Assembly (NCBI GenBank): GCA_002104945.1
Contig: MCFH01000025.1
Coordinates: 620,001 to 684,000, forward strand
Direction: 5' to 3'
Length of the DNA: 64,000 nt
DNA from: Piromyces finnis finn
Taxonomy: Eukaryota; Fungi; Neocallimastigomycota
Part shown: one piece after another, positions 24,407 to 34,122 of the stretch
Numbering within the stretch: the stretch's first letter is position 1
How the letters are laid out: each line of letters opens with the position of its first letter
Translations under genes and position numbers: made by a program
The notes under the pieces: generated by a model
What the model was told of the DNA's origin: nothing
Seen by the model: the letters and a program-made list of their open reading frames with translations, nothing else
Databases searched by the model: none

Positions 24407-27400
24407 TCATGGAACAAAATTATGATCTCCATTGGTTGCGCTGGCCCTCCTGGCCTGTCTTACTGTTTCTTCAGCATTGACGCTCTTGGATGTTGCTTCA
24501 AACCTTTTGAACATTGACCATTGCTGGCCAATAGCAAAAGGCATGATTTTGGTTAGAAGTTCCGCGGTTACCGTCAAGAATGGTGTTCCTTCATTAGTAC
24601 CAGATTGAATCTGACGCTTACAAAGTTCTTTCCATTCCCTTGAATTGTAATTAATATTGTTAAAACTTCTTCCCCCAAGAAGGAATTTAAATATTTTACT
24701 GCACACACTAGAATAATCATACACATTAATATTCACCGGATTATTAGAACTATTACTATCATTAACTAAATTACTATCTAAATTAGAATTATTATCTTCA
24801 CTATTGCTATCATTACTAATATTATTATTTCTATTACTACTATTGTTATTATTACTATTGTTACTATTACTATTGTTATTATTACTATTGTAATTATTAT
24901 TACTACTATTGTTACTATTACTATTAATGTTATTACTATCTCTACTGATATTATCAATTTCATTATTATTGATAGGACTATTGGAATTACGTTGACTGAA
25001 AAAATTTAATAGCTGGACTATAGAATCATAATGTTTAATACGGATATCTCTAAATGTTGGACAATCTAATAACCAATGTTTAATACTTTGATCTCCACAC
25101 TTGCAACATGGACAGTAGTTAGGACAAACTGGATCAACAAATTTGGCAGCTTTGGCAACTCTAGCATCCAACTTGTATCCGCTTCTTGCTTTCAATAGCC
25201 AGTAGAAGCCATAGGCAAACTCTGGGTACTCATAACATAATTTAATAAAATCTTTAGTATCAATAAACTTATTATCATCATAATATTGCGCTTTGATTGA
25301 ATTCCCTTTGAGATCTTTCCAATAAAAGTTTTTAACTGCTTTAACATCTCCATGTTTCTTTAGTTTTTTATCAAGTGTCCTACTTGATTTGCACCACGTG
25401 TATTTTCTAAATTTAGGAATGTAATTGACAAGGTGTGAGATAATACAATTTGAGTTTTTCCATTTGTTAAAACATCTAACCTGAGCTAATGCACATTTGG
25501 CTGACAATGGAGGAATATTCAAATCTTTTGAGATAGAGTATAAAGATATAAACGATACAGCTTTATGAACTCCGGCAACCCATCGTATTCCTTTGTTAAC
25601 ATGCTTCTGTGCAATTCTAGACCTGGCTTTGTTGGATCCAAGTAATGGTGCAAAGTATGAAACTCTGCTAATCACTTGTGAGTTAAGTACTAGCTTTTTG
25701 AAGGGAATAGGAATATTAGGATTTCTTAAGAATTTACTGACTGAAAAAAGCCCTTTCAAAACCTTGTTATTAAGAGCTTTAATAACTGGTTTAAGGGACA
25801 GATTCTTATCAAATGGAACACCAAGATAAGTATAACAATCAGTAGTTGGAATGGGTTGTCCTGCTAAGTAAAATGTTGGATCTCTCTTGTTCTGATTTTC
25901 TATTGATTCAGGACGAATCACCATCGTTGAACACTTCTGGATACCAAATTCCATTTCATTATACAAGGCCCATTCATTAACTCTTCTAAGCATCTTTTTT
26001 AAGCATCCTCTTGTTGGAGCACAAATAACTATATCATCTGCAAAAAGTCCACCACAGCATCGAGTGTCACCTAAACTGACTCCGAGATCTTCACACTCTT
26101 TAAATATATCATTAATAAAGAGATTAAAGAGAATAGGAGAAAGAGGGCATCCTTGACGGACTCCTTTCTTCACATCAAAAGATTTCGAGAATTGTCCATC
26201 TAATTTGACATTAGCCTTAGATGTTAAATATAAATTTTTGATGAATTGTAAACTCTTACCTCGGATTCCTAAACAATCTAATTTATGGAGAATATTACCG
26301 ATTGGGACTGAATCGTATGCTTTCCTGAGATCTAAAAAGGCCAAATATGTCTCTTTATTATCTAATTGACGTCTACGGCATATTTCTTGGATTGAAATGA
26401 AAAGACTGATACTTTCTTCCTTTTTTCGAAAACCAAATTGTTCAGGTCTAATGAAATTATTCTTTAGACCATATTCTGAGATTCTAGTGGTGACAATTTT
26501 GGAAATCAACTTAATACCATTATTGATAAGTGATATACCTCGATAGTTATCACAATCTGTCAAATCTCCCTTCTTAGGAATAGAAACAATACTGGATTCA
26601 TTCCATGAGTTGGGGAAGTCTCCATCCCAAATACGGTTGAATAATTTAAGAATAAAATTTAAACCATAAGCATCATTATCTGAAGTGGTATTACCGGAAG
26701 AATTATTATCTGTAGCATTATTAGAATCATTACTTGATGGAATTAATGCTTTGTAAAATTCAATTGGAATACCATCCGGACCTGATGCTTTATAATTTGG
26801 AGTAGAGAGGATAGCTGACTTGACTTCATCAATACTAATATCTTGGTTGATATCCCATTCATCAAGCATAGGGAGTGAAAAACGTTTATTCGTTGGTTCT
26901 TCATACCAATGCTCCAAATCAAGACTTACACCACTTGGATCTGATGCAAGCTTTTCGAAATGATCATGCCACACATCTAGTTGTTCTTCCGTAGCAACAA
27001 CTAATTCTCCATTTTTATTTTTAATTGGTTGAGCAATAAAGAAAGAATCTTTTCCAATTTTTGCAGTTTTCTTGATCCATTTCCAGGCCTTCTTAGGATT
27101 ATGACTTTTCATATACTCACATCCTGTTTTAATCCAATGAAGATATTCTTGTTTCCTAAATTCATTACATCTTTTGTGGATGTAATCAATGAGCTTACGG
27201 TAGATTTTAATTCTTTTAATAAATTCATCTATATCATAAATTCTTTCTTTTTTAAATCTCTTATACAACTTCATTTTGATTTTTTGGAGATTAAAAATTT
27301 GTTGTGAAATATGAAATGAAGACTTTATAACATTATTTGCTGAGGTAATACTGAGCTCGTCTGCAATTGAAAAAGCAGTTGAAGTAAATTCTTTGGAAAG

Positions 27401-28942
27401 TTCATCTGTAGAAACATTAGGATCGTTGAATTTTGCTGAAAGTATTTGGAATTTATTATGACTGAGAATAGATTCCTTTTCCTCAATACATTTTAATCTA
27501 TTCCATTTCAGAATTTTCTTAGGAACGTTAAAGTCATTAGAAAAATCATCCATAGGAATAATTTTACCATTAATAAGAAGTGGCTTATGGTCTGATACAG
27601 GATAAAAATTATTTATAAATGATCCTGAGTGAATAAGATCTTTCATCTTCGAATTGATAAGAGCATGGTCAATGTCGGAAGATTGATCACCTCGAGTCCA
27701 AGAGATAGTAGACCCTCTAAGCGGAAGAATTTCCCAATCTCCTAATCCATTAGTTGATAACCAGTTGGATAATTTTACTTTAGACATATTAAAATCACCA
27801 ACAAGAATCGATGGATGGGATGAATGAGTTTGTAACCACAAGCGAACTTCTAACTTTGCATGATCAACATAGATGTTGTGATGACTATGAGGCATATAAA
27901 CATTTCCAATCGAGCATTTGAATCTATTCCAGAGACTAAAAGTATAAATAGAAATAATATACTTTCCAGAGAAGTTTTCAAGTGAGGCTTGACACGAATT
28001 GTGAAAACCTAAATATAAACCTCTCATTCCCGGAACTGATTCGTCAGCTTTCTTGAAAAAGTGTCTATAGTTTCGCAAAGTAACACGACAAGGATAATCT
28101 GTATTCGAACCAGAACCATTACCAGTTTCTTGGAAACATAAGAATAATGGTTTGAAAATAGCTGTGAAATAGCTAATACTATCCCTCTTTTCATGATTCC
28201 ACCCATTGGTGTTCCAACTAAGACAAAAAGAAAAGTTATCAGGCTTGTTGGATGAGGAAGAATCGTTGCTATTATTATTATTATTAAAGTCATCGTTATT
28301 AATGGATGATGCATCAGAGGAATAAGTAGAACTATTACTAGATGGCTGTGAAACTGAAGAACTATCAACTATTGAACTGTTATCAGAGTTGATAGAACTA
28401 TTAGAATTAATTGTTGAATGTTGAGATTGAAATTGTGTTTGCTGTAGATCTGGAATATTTTCATGATGGGAAACTTGTTGAAGATCCTGTTGAAGATCTT
28501 GTTGAAGATCGGATTGTTGATGAGATTGTTGAACTGATTGTTGAAATGATTGTTGAATAGAATGTTGATGTTTATTAGAAACTAAAATTTTACGTTTGAG
28601 AGTGGAAAAAGTGTATTTGTGATTCCTTCTACTACGAGCTGAAAAGGAAATTGAGGTAACTGAAAGTTTCTTCTTTAACATGTGTAAGATTTTAATACAA
28701 TCTTTTGATGAACCATGAACCTTGACTAAGAAAAAGTGATCATTGAAAGTTTGAAAATATTTAACACTAATAACTGAATTAAATTTATCTTCTAGAATAA
28801 CCTCGAGTTTTTCCCATAGCATATTTACTGACCATGATCGAATACCACGGATAAAGAAGGAGCGAATATCATCTAAGGGGATACCATAAGACCGGGTACC
28901 ACGTCTGATATAATTCTTATCTTTAATATAAAGGACTGACAT
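24407..28942 (-). CDS. Non-LTR retrotransposon polyprotein, 1511 aa: N-terminal extension, AP endonuclease, reverse transcriptase, CCHC knuckle
   Basis: APE motifs SWNTNG, FQET, GNVY, VGDFN, IDH, SDH; RT motifs YRGISL, QFGFR, FLDLRKAYDSV, GVRQGCPLSP, LFADD; C-x2-C-x8-H-x4-C in CPCCKCGDQSIKHWLLDC. Confidence 0.97.
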   Translation of the reverse strand: MSVLYIKDKNYIRRGTRSYGIPLDDIRSFFIRGIRSWSVNMLWEKLEVILEDKFNSVISVKYFQTFNDHFFLVKVHGSSKDCIKILHMLKKKLSVTSISFSARSRRNHKYTFSTLKRKILVSNKHQHSIQQSFQQSVQQSHQQSDLQQDLQQDLQQVSHHENIPDLQQTQFQSQHSTINSNSSINSDNSSIVDSSSVSQPSSNSSTYSSDASSINNDDFNNNNNSNDSSSSNKPDNFSFCLSWNTNGWNHEKRDSISYFTAIFKPLFLCFQETGNGSGSNTDYPCRVTLRNYRHFFKKADESVPGMRGLYLGFHNSCQASLENFSGKYIISIYTFSLWNRFKCSIGNVYMPHSHHNIYVDHAKLEVRLWLQTHSSHPSILVGDFNMSKVKLSNWLSTNGLGDWEILPLRGSTISWTRGDQSSDIDHALINSKMKDLIHSGSFINNFYPVSDHKPLLINGKIIPMDDFSNDFNVPKKILKWNRLKCIEEKESILSHNKFQILSAKFNDPNVSTDELSKEFTSTAFSIADELSITSANNVIKSSFHISQQIFNLQKIKMKLYKRFKKERIYDIDEFIKRIKIYRKLIDYIHKRCNEFRKQEYLHWIKTGCEYMKSHNPKKAWKWIKKTAKIGKDSFFIAQPIKNKNGELVVATEEQLDVWHDHFEKLASDPSGVSLDLEHWYEEPTNKRFSLPMLDEWDINQDISIDEVKSAILSTPNYKASGPDGIPIEFYKALIPSSNDSNNATDNNSSGNTTSDNDAYGLNFILKLFNRIWDGDFPNSWNESSIVSIPKKGDLTDCDNYRGISLINNGIKLISKIVTTRISEYGLKNNFIRPEQFGFRKKEESISLFISIQEICRRRQLDNKETYLAFLDLRKAYDSVPIGNILHKLDCLGIRGKSLQFIKNLYLTSKANVKLDGQFSKSFDVKKGVRQGCPLSPILFNLFINDIFKECEDLGVSLGDTRCCGGLFADDIVICAPTRGCLKKMLRRVNEWALYNEMEFGIQKCSTMVIRPESIENQNKRDPTFYLAGQPIPTTDCYTYLGVPFDKNLSLKPVIKALNNKVLKGLFSVSKFLRNPNIPIPFKKLVLNSQVISRVSYFAPLLGSNKARSRIAQKHVNKGIRWVAGVHKAVSFISLYSISKDLNIPPLSAKCALAQVRCFNKWKNSNCIISHLVNYIPKFRKYTWCKSSRTLDKKLKKHGDVKAVKNFYWKDLKGNSIKAQYYDDNKFIDTKDFIKLCYEYPEFAYGFYWLLKARSGYKLDARVAKAAKFVDPVCPNYCPCCKCGDQSIKHWLLDCPTFRDIRIKHYDSIVQLLNFFSQRNSNSPINNNEIDNISRDSNNINSNSNNSSNNNYNSNNNNSNSNNSNNNNSSNRNNNISNDSNSEDNNSNLDSNLVNDSNSSNNPVNINVYDYSSVCSKIFKFLLGGRSFNNINYNSREWKELCKRQIQSGTNEGTPFLTVTAELLTKIMPFAIGQQWSMFKRFEATSKSVNAEETVRQARRASATNGDHNFVP

Positions 28943-29565
28943 GATAATAAATTCTAATTAAAAAATATTGAATATAAAATAAATACTAATAAAAATTACA
29001 AATATAACGTATATGGAAAAAAATCTGTCTCTCTCTCTCTTCTTAAAAGTACTGGATAGTACAAAAATTGTTACGATGCTTTGTTTAAAGTTTCTTTTTT
29101 TTGAATTCTAGTTGTAAATTTTCTTTAAAAATTCTAGTTTTGGTTTGTTGTTAGTAAATTCGATTCGCTTTTTGACACTAAACTTGTTTGACTTTACTTT
29201 TCATTAAATATTTAAATTGGTAAAAAATTTGAATCAAGAATGTCGACACCAGAAAGCTTGTGAATAGTATTTTTACATGATGTAGAGTGAATCAGTCTCT
29301 TACAAGAAACAATACAACAATAGCTACAATGCTAAAGTTGACTACATTGGATTCTTACAAGAGAAGAGTAGTACTACATGAATACATGAATAAAAGAAAA
29401 AATACAGCAACAAAATGTATTACTCTTCTAATTAAATACTATACAAACTTACCTGAAAAATCAAACATTCACTTATTCATCAAATACTTAAATTTGATGA
29501 ATAAAATGTTTTTTAATCGCTCAGTACCATGAGCTTAGTCCTAATAATTTACCCTTGAAGACTAA

Positions 29566-29905
29566 CCAAGCATCCATTGCGCAATGCTTGGATTTAATTC
29601 TTTCTACTCTCTCAGTACCATGAGCATGAGTAGACCCCCTTGAGAAATTACATTTATTAAATAAATGAAGGCACATTCCTAAGAGGGCACCAAGCATCCA
29701 TTGCGCAATACTTGGATTTAATTCTTTCTACTCTCTCAGTACCATGAGCATGAGTAGACCCCCTTGAGAAACTACATTTATTAAATAAATGAAGGCACGT
29801 TCCCAAGAGGGGAAATTCTTTCTACTCTCTCAGTACCATGAGCATGAGTAGACCCCCTTGAGAAACTACATTTATTAAATAAATGAAGGCACGTTCCCAA
29901 GAGGG
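29566..29905 (-). repeat. Two full and one partial 5' UTR monomer of copy C
   Basis: Units 29566-29689, 29690-29811 and about 29814-29905. Confidence 0.95.
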
Positions 29906-29990
29906 CACACTAGAATAATCATACACATTAAACATGAATATAAAAATACAATGCAAATGCTAAAGTTGACTACATTGGATTCTTACAAGA

Positions 29991-29996
<6 letters not shown>

Positions 29997-30038
<42 letters not shown>

Positions 30039-31604
30039 GGCATCAAATATTTTAAACTTTATTATTAATTTAATTAAAATTATAATACATGTAATAAAAA
30101 ATTAAAAATAAATAAAAATAAAAAAAAATATGTTTAAATAAACACAAATGAATAAAAATTGGGTATAATGTATTCTAGTAATTTTAATTAAAGTAAGAAA
30201 GCCACTATCATACTAAAGTATAATAATTGTATTTGACTTCCAATGGGACACCGAGCCAAAGATCAAAATTTTGTCATGGAACAAAATTATGATCTCCATT
30301 GGTTGCGCTGGCCCTCCTGGCCTGTCTTACTGTTTCTTCAGCATTGACGCTCTTGGATGTTGCTTCAAACCTTTTTGAACATTGACCATTGCTGGCCAAT
30401 AGCAAAAGGCATGATTTTGGTTAGAAGTTCCGCGGTTACCGTCAAGAATGGTGCTCCTTCATTAGTACCAGATTGAATCTGACGCTTACAAAGTTCTTTC
30501 CATTCCCTTGAATTATAATTAATATTGTTAAAACTTCTTCCCCCAAGAAGGAATTTAAATATTTTACTGCACACACTAGAATAATCATACACATTAATAT
30601 TCACCGGATTATTAGAACTATTACTATCATTAACTAAATTACTATCTAAATTAGAATTATTATCTTCACTATTGCTATCATTATTAATATTATTATTTCT
30701 ATTACTACTATTGTTATTATTACTATTTCTATTATTACAATTACTACTATTGTTATTATTACTATTGTTATTATTATTATTGTTACTATTACTATTACTG
30801 TTATTGCTATCTCTACTGACATTATCAATTTCATTATTATTGATAGGACTATTGGAATTACGTTGACTGAAAAAATTTAATAGCTGGACTATGGAATCAT
30901 AATGTTTAATACGGATATCTCTAAATGTTGAACAATCTAATAACCAATGTTTAATACTTTGATCTCCACACTTGCAACATGGACAGTAGTTAGGACAAAC
31001 TGGATCAACAAATTTAGCAGCTTTGGCAACTCTAGCATCCAACTTATATCCGCTTCTTGCTTTCAATAGCCAGTAGAAGCCATAGGCAAACTCTAGGTAC
31101 TCATAACATAATTTAATAAAATCTTTAGTTTCAATAAATTTATTATCATCATAATATTGCGCTTTGATTGAATTCCCTTTGAGATCTTTCCAATAAAAGT
31201 TTTTAACTGCTTTAACATCTCCATGCTTCTTTAGTTTTTTTTCAAGTGTCCTACTTGATTTGCACCACGTGTATTTTCTAAATTTAGGAATGTAATTGAC
31301 AAGGTGTGAGATAATACAATTTGAGTTTTTCCATTTGTTAAAACATCTAACCTGAGCTAACGCACATTTGGCTGACAGTGGAGGAATATTCAAATCTTTT
31401 GAGATAGAGTATAAAGATATAAACGATACAGCTTTATGAACTCCGGCAACCCATCGTATTCCTTTGTTAACATGCTTCTGAGCAATCCTAGACCTAGCTT
31501 TGTTGGATCCAAGTAATGGTGCAAAGTATGAAACTCTGCTAATCACTTGTGAGTTAAGTACTAGTTTTTTGAAAGGAATAGGAATATTAGGATTTCTTAA
31601 GAAT
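29997..31604 (-). mobile_element. LINE copy D, 5'-truncated (1.6 kb), inserted in the 5' UTR of A
   Basis: Poly(A) at 29997-30035; 14-bp TSD TTACAAGAGGAGAG at 29983-29996 and 31605-31618, with TTAC also matching the element (microhomology). Both TSD copies carry GAGGAG where copies B2 and C have GAGAAG. Confidence 0.9.
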
Positions 31605-32730
31605 TTACAAGAGGAGAGTAGTACTACATGAATACATGAATAAAAGAAAAAATACAGCAACAAAATGTATTACTCTTCTAATTAAATACTATACAAACTT
31701 ACCTGAATATCAAACATTCAACTTATTCATCAAATACTTAATTCGATGAATAAAATGTTTTTTAATCGCTCAGTACCATGAGCTTAGTCCTAATAATTTT
31801 CCCTTAAAGACTAACCAAGCATCCATTGCGCAATGCTTGGATTTAATTATTATCTTCACTATTGCGAATTTACTCTTAACCTTTTTGATGGTATTACATA
31901 GATTTTGGAAATCCATAAACCACAATAAAATTCACCAATCAATAGCCATCACTACCACCTTTTTTTTTAAACACCAGATAATATTAAAACACATTTTTTT
32001 ATTTTTTTATATATATAAATTATTTTATTAAAATATATTATTTTATTATTAAAACATTTAAAAAAATAATAGCAAACTTTAAAATGGAGTTGCAACTATT
32101 ATTTTCAATCAATATGGATTAGTTTTTTTTTTTTTTTTCGTTATTAGTTTCATTAATTTTTTTTTTCTTTTTTTAAATAGGATTTCTATGTTTTCTCTTT
32201 GTTTTTAGTTGTGTGTGTGTATTTTGATTTTTTTTCATGTCTTTTAAATGAAAAATGTTTTATAATAAAATGAATATATTCATTTTTTTAAAAAAATAAT
32301 AAAAAAAATTTTCTATAATTTGTTTTTTTATATTATTTTTGGCTTGTTTGTTTTCATTTTCTAAATGTAATGATTTTAAAATAAATTAAAAAAATAATAA
32401 TAGGAATTTTGATTTCTTTTTTTTTTTTGTGTATGATCTAATTATAAAAAAAATGATTAAATTTGGATTTTTATAATACAAAAAATTTTTCTATAATTTT
32501 ATAGAACATTAATTATTTAATGTGTTGTAAAATGTTTTTTAAATTAAAAAATTAAAAAAAGAAAAATATAAATTTAATTATTTTTCTTTTTTCTTATTCT
32601 TAATCTTGGGTAAATATATAATTATTGGGTAACTTTATTCTTTTCCATGTCTAAAAAGAATAATAATTTTATATTAAAATAGATAAATTATATATATTAA
32701 AAAAGATAATAATGATTATTCGCGATTAAT

Positions 32731-34122
32731 TTAGTGGACAATTCTAGTTCTGACAACATCTTGAAGTTGAGAAAGTTCAGAGTAAACCTTTAATAATTCT
32801 TCTTCAGAGTTGACAGTAATATCAGCTTGAAGGTAAGCCATGGAACCACGAGCCTTAGAGACTTGGTTTTCAATGTTGTGAGAGTAGAGAATGTGGTTGA
32901 TAGCCTTAAGAACACCTGGAACATTCTTGTGGAAGTTTAAGATTCTGATAACATTAGTAGCAGATGGAACTTCAGTACTTGGAACTTGAGCAAAGTTAAC
33001 AGCACCAACAGTTTCACCACAGTTAATGTACTTGACAAGACGGTTAGCAACTTCAGTACCAATGTTGTATTGAGCTTCTTCAGTAGAACCACCAATGTGT
33101 GGGGTAAGGATAGTGTTTGGACAGTTTTGTAATGGGGTAATCCAACCTTCACAGTTACCCTTTGGTTCGTTGGTGTAGACATCAACAGCACAACCACCAA
33201 GGTGACCACTCTTTAAGGCTTCAACTAATGGTTCTAATTGAACAATGGTACCTCTGGAGGTGTTGATAAGACAACATCCCTTCTTCATCATAGCAATTTG
33301 TTCCTTACCAATCATACCATCAGTAGATGGAAGAGATGGAACGTGGAAGGTAATGAAATCAGAAGTCTTTAATAAAGTTTCAAGTTTGTCAACTTGGGTA
33401 GCACTACCAACTGGTGGAACCTTGTGGTAATCGTGGTAGATAACTCTGCATCCTAAAGCTTCAGCCATTTCAGAAACTTGTCTACCAATGTTACCGTAAC
33501 CAACAATACCTAAGGTACGTCCTCTGATTTCGTGACAACCCTTAGCAAATTTGTTCCAGATAGTCTTGTGCATTTCATTGTTACGGTCACCAACTCTACG
33601 ACCAACATTGAGCATAAGAGTGATAACTAATTCAGCAACGGAACGACCACTACCTCTTGGACAGTTGTAAACTGGAATACCGAGTTGAGAAGCCATTTCA
33701 AGATCGACACCATTGGTACCAATACAGAAACAACCAATAGCGATAAGGTTCTTAGCAGCAGCAAGAACCTTCTTGTTAATCTTAGTCTTAGATCTAACAC
33801 CAAGAATGTGAACATCCTTAATCTTTTCAATTAATTGTTCTTCAGAGAGAGACTTGGCACTCCATTCAATGTTGTAACCTTGAGCCTTTAAAATTTCAAC
33901 AGCAGAGTTGTTGATGTTTTCTAATAATAAAACCTTCATATCCTTGGAGGAGTTGAATGGACGGTATGGCTTTAAAGAACGGTGAGAAGAGTATTCAGCT
34001 TGCCAGAAAGTGTTAGAATCGAGTGGACCTAATCCTGGAATGTGTGGAAAACCTCCAGCATCAGAATCAACATCATTTAAACCGACTTCAGAAGCCTTTG
34101 GTAAATTTTGTGGAGTAGACAT
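32731..34122 (-). CDS. SER3: D-3-phosphoglycerate dehydrogenase (SerA / yeast Ser3-Ser33 type) with C-terminal ACT domain
   Basis: MKVLLLEN, GVRSKT, GCFCIGTN, GIVGYGNIG (NAD-binding), INTSRG, AVDVY..EP, LTPHIGGSTEEAQ, NFHKNVPGVL; intronless, with strongly biased codon use. Confidence 0.95.
   Translation of the reverse strand: MSTPQNLPKASEVGLNDVDSDAGGFPHIPGLGPLDSNTFWQAEYSSHRSLKPYRPFNSSKDMKVLLLENINNSAVEILKAQGYNIEWSAKSLSEEQLIEKIKDVHILGVRSKTKINKKVLAAAKNLIAIGCFCIGTNGVDLEMASQLGIPVYNCPRGSGRSVAELVITLMLNVGRRVGDRNNEMHKTIWNKFAKGCHEIRGRTLGIVGYGNIGRQVSEMAEALGCRVIYHDYHKVPPVGSATQVDKLETLLKTSDFITFHVPSLPSTDGMIGKEQIAMMKKGCCLINTSRGTIVQLEPLVEALKSGHLGGCAVDVYTNEPKGNCEGWITPLQNCPNTILTPHIGGSTEEAQYNIGTEVANRLVKYINCGETVGAVNFAQVPSTEVPSATNVIRILNFHKNVPGVLKAINHILYSHNIENQVSKARGSMAYLQADITVNSEEELLKVYSELSQLQDVVRTRIVH

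Larger units (their letters stand above)
24128..29905 (-). mobile_element. LINE copy C, full length (5.78 kb) with an intact ORF, inserted in B1
   Basis: Poly(A) at 24128-24167; 12-bp TSD CACACTAGAATA at 24116-24127 and 29906-29917. Confidence 0.95.
21973..29931 (-). mobile_element. LINE copy B1, 5'-truncated (about 0.6 kb of its own sequence), inserted in the 5' UTR of A; hosts B2 and C
   Basis: Poly(A) at 21973-21994; 13-bp TSD ACATGAATATAAA at 21960-21972 and 29932-29944; its own pieces are 21995-22436, 24021-24127 and 29918-29931. Confidence 0.9.
16769..31849 (-). mobile_element. LINE copy A, the outermost host: poly(A) at 16769-16791, ORF at 17030-21577 with one nonsense codon, 5' UTR split by copies B1 and D
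   Basis: TGG to TGA at 20468-20470 splits the ORF into the 369-aa and 1129-aa pieces. The 5' UTR resumes at 29945 and again at 31619. No TSD was found for A itself. Confidence 0.9.

Noticed and set aside
30365-31663. 432-aa ORF as an independent gene
   Set aside because: It is a chance read-through from the A 5' UTR into the truncated ORF of copy D and ends at a 1-nt frameshift.
16769-31849. The LINE cluster as an assembly artefact or a HeT-A-like telomeric array
   Set aside because: Four distinct TSD pairs give a consistent nesting order, the copies differ by substitutions, and ordinary genes flank both sides.
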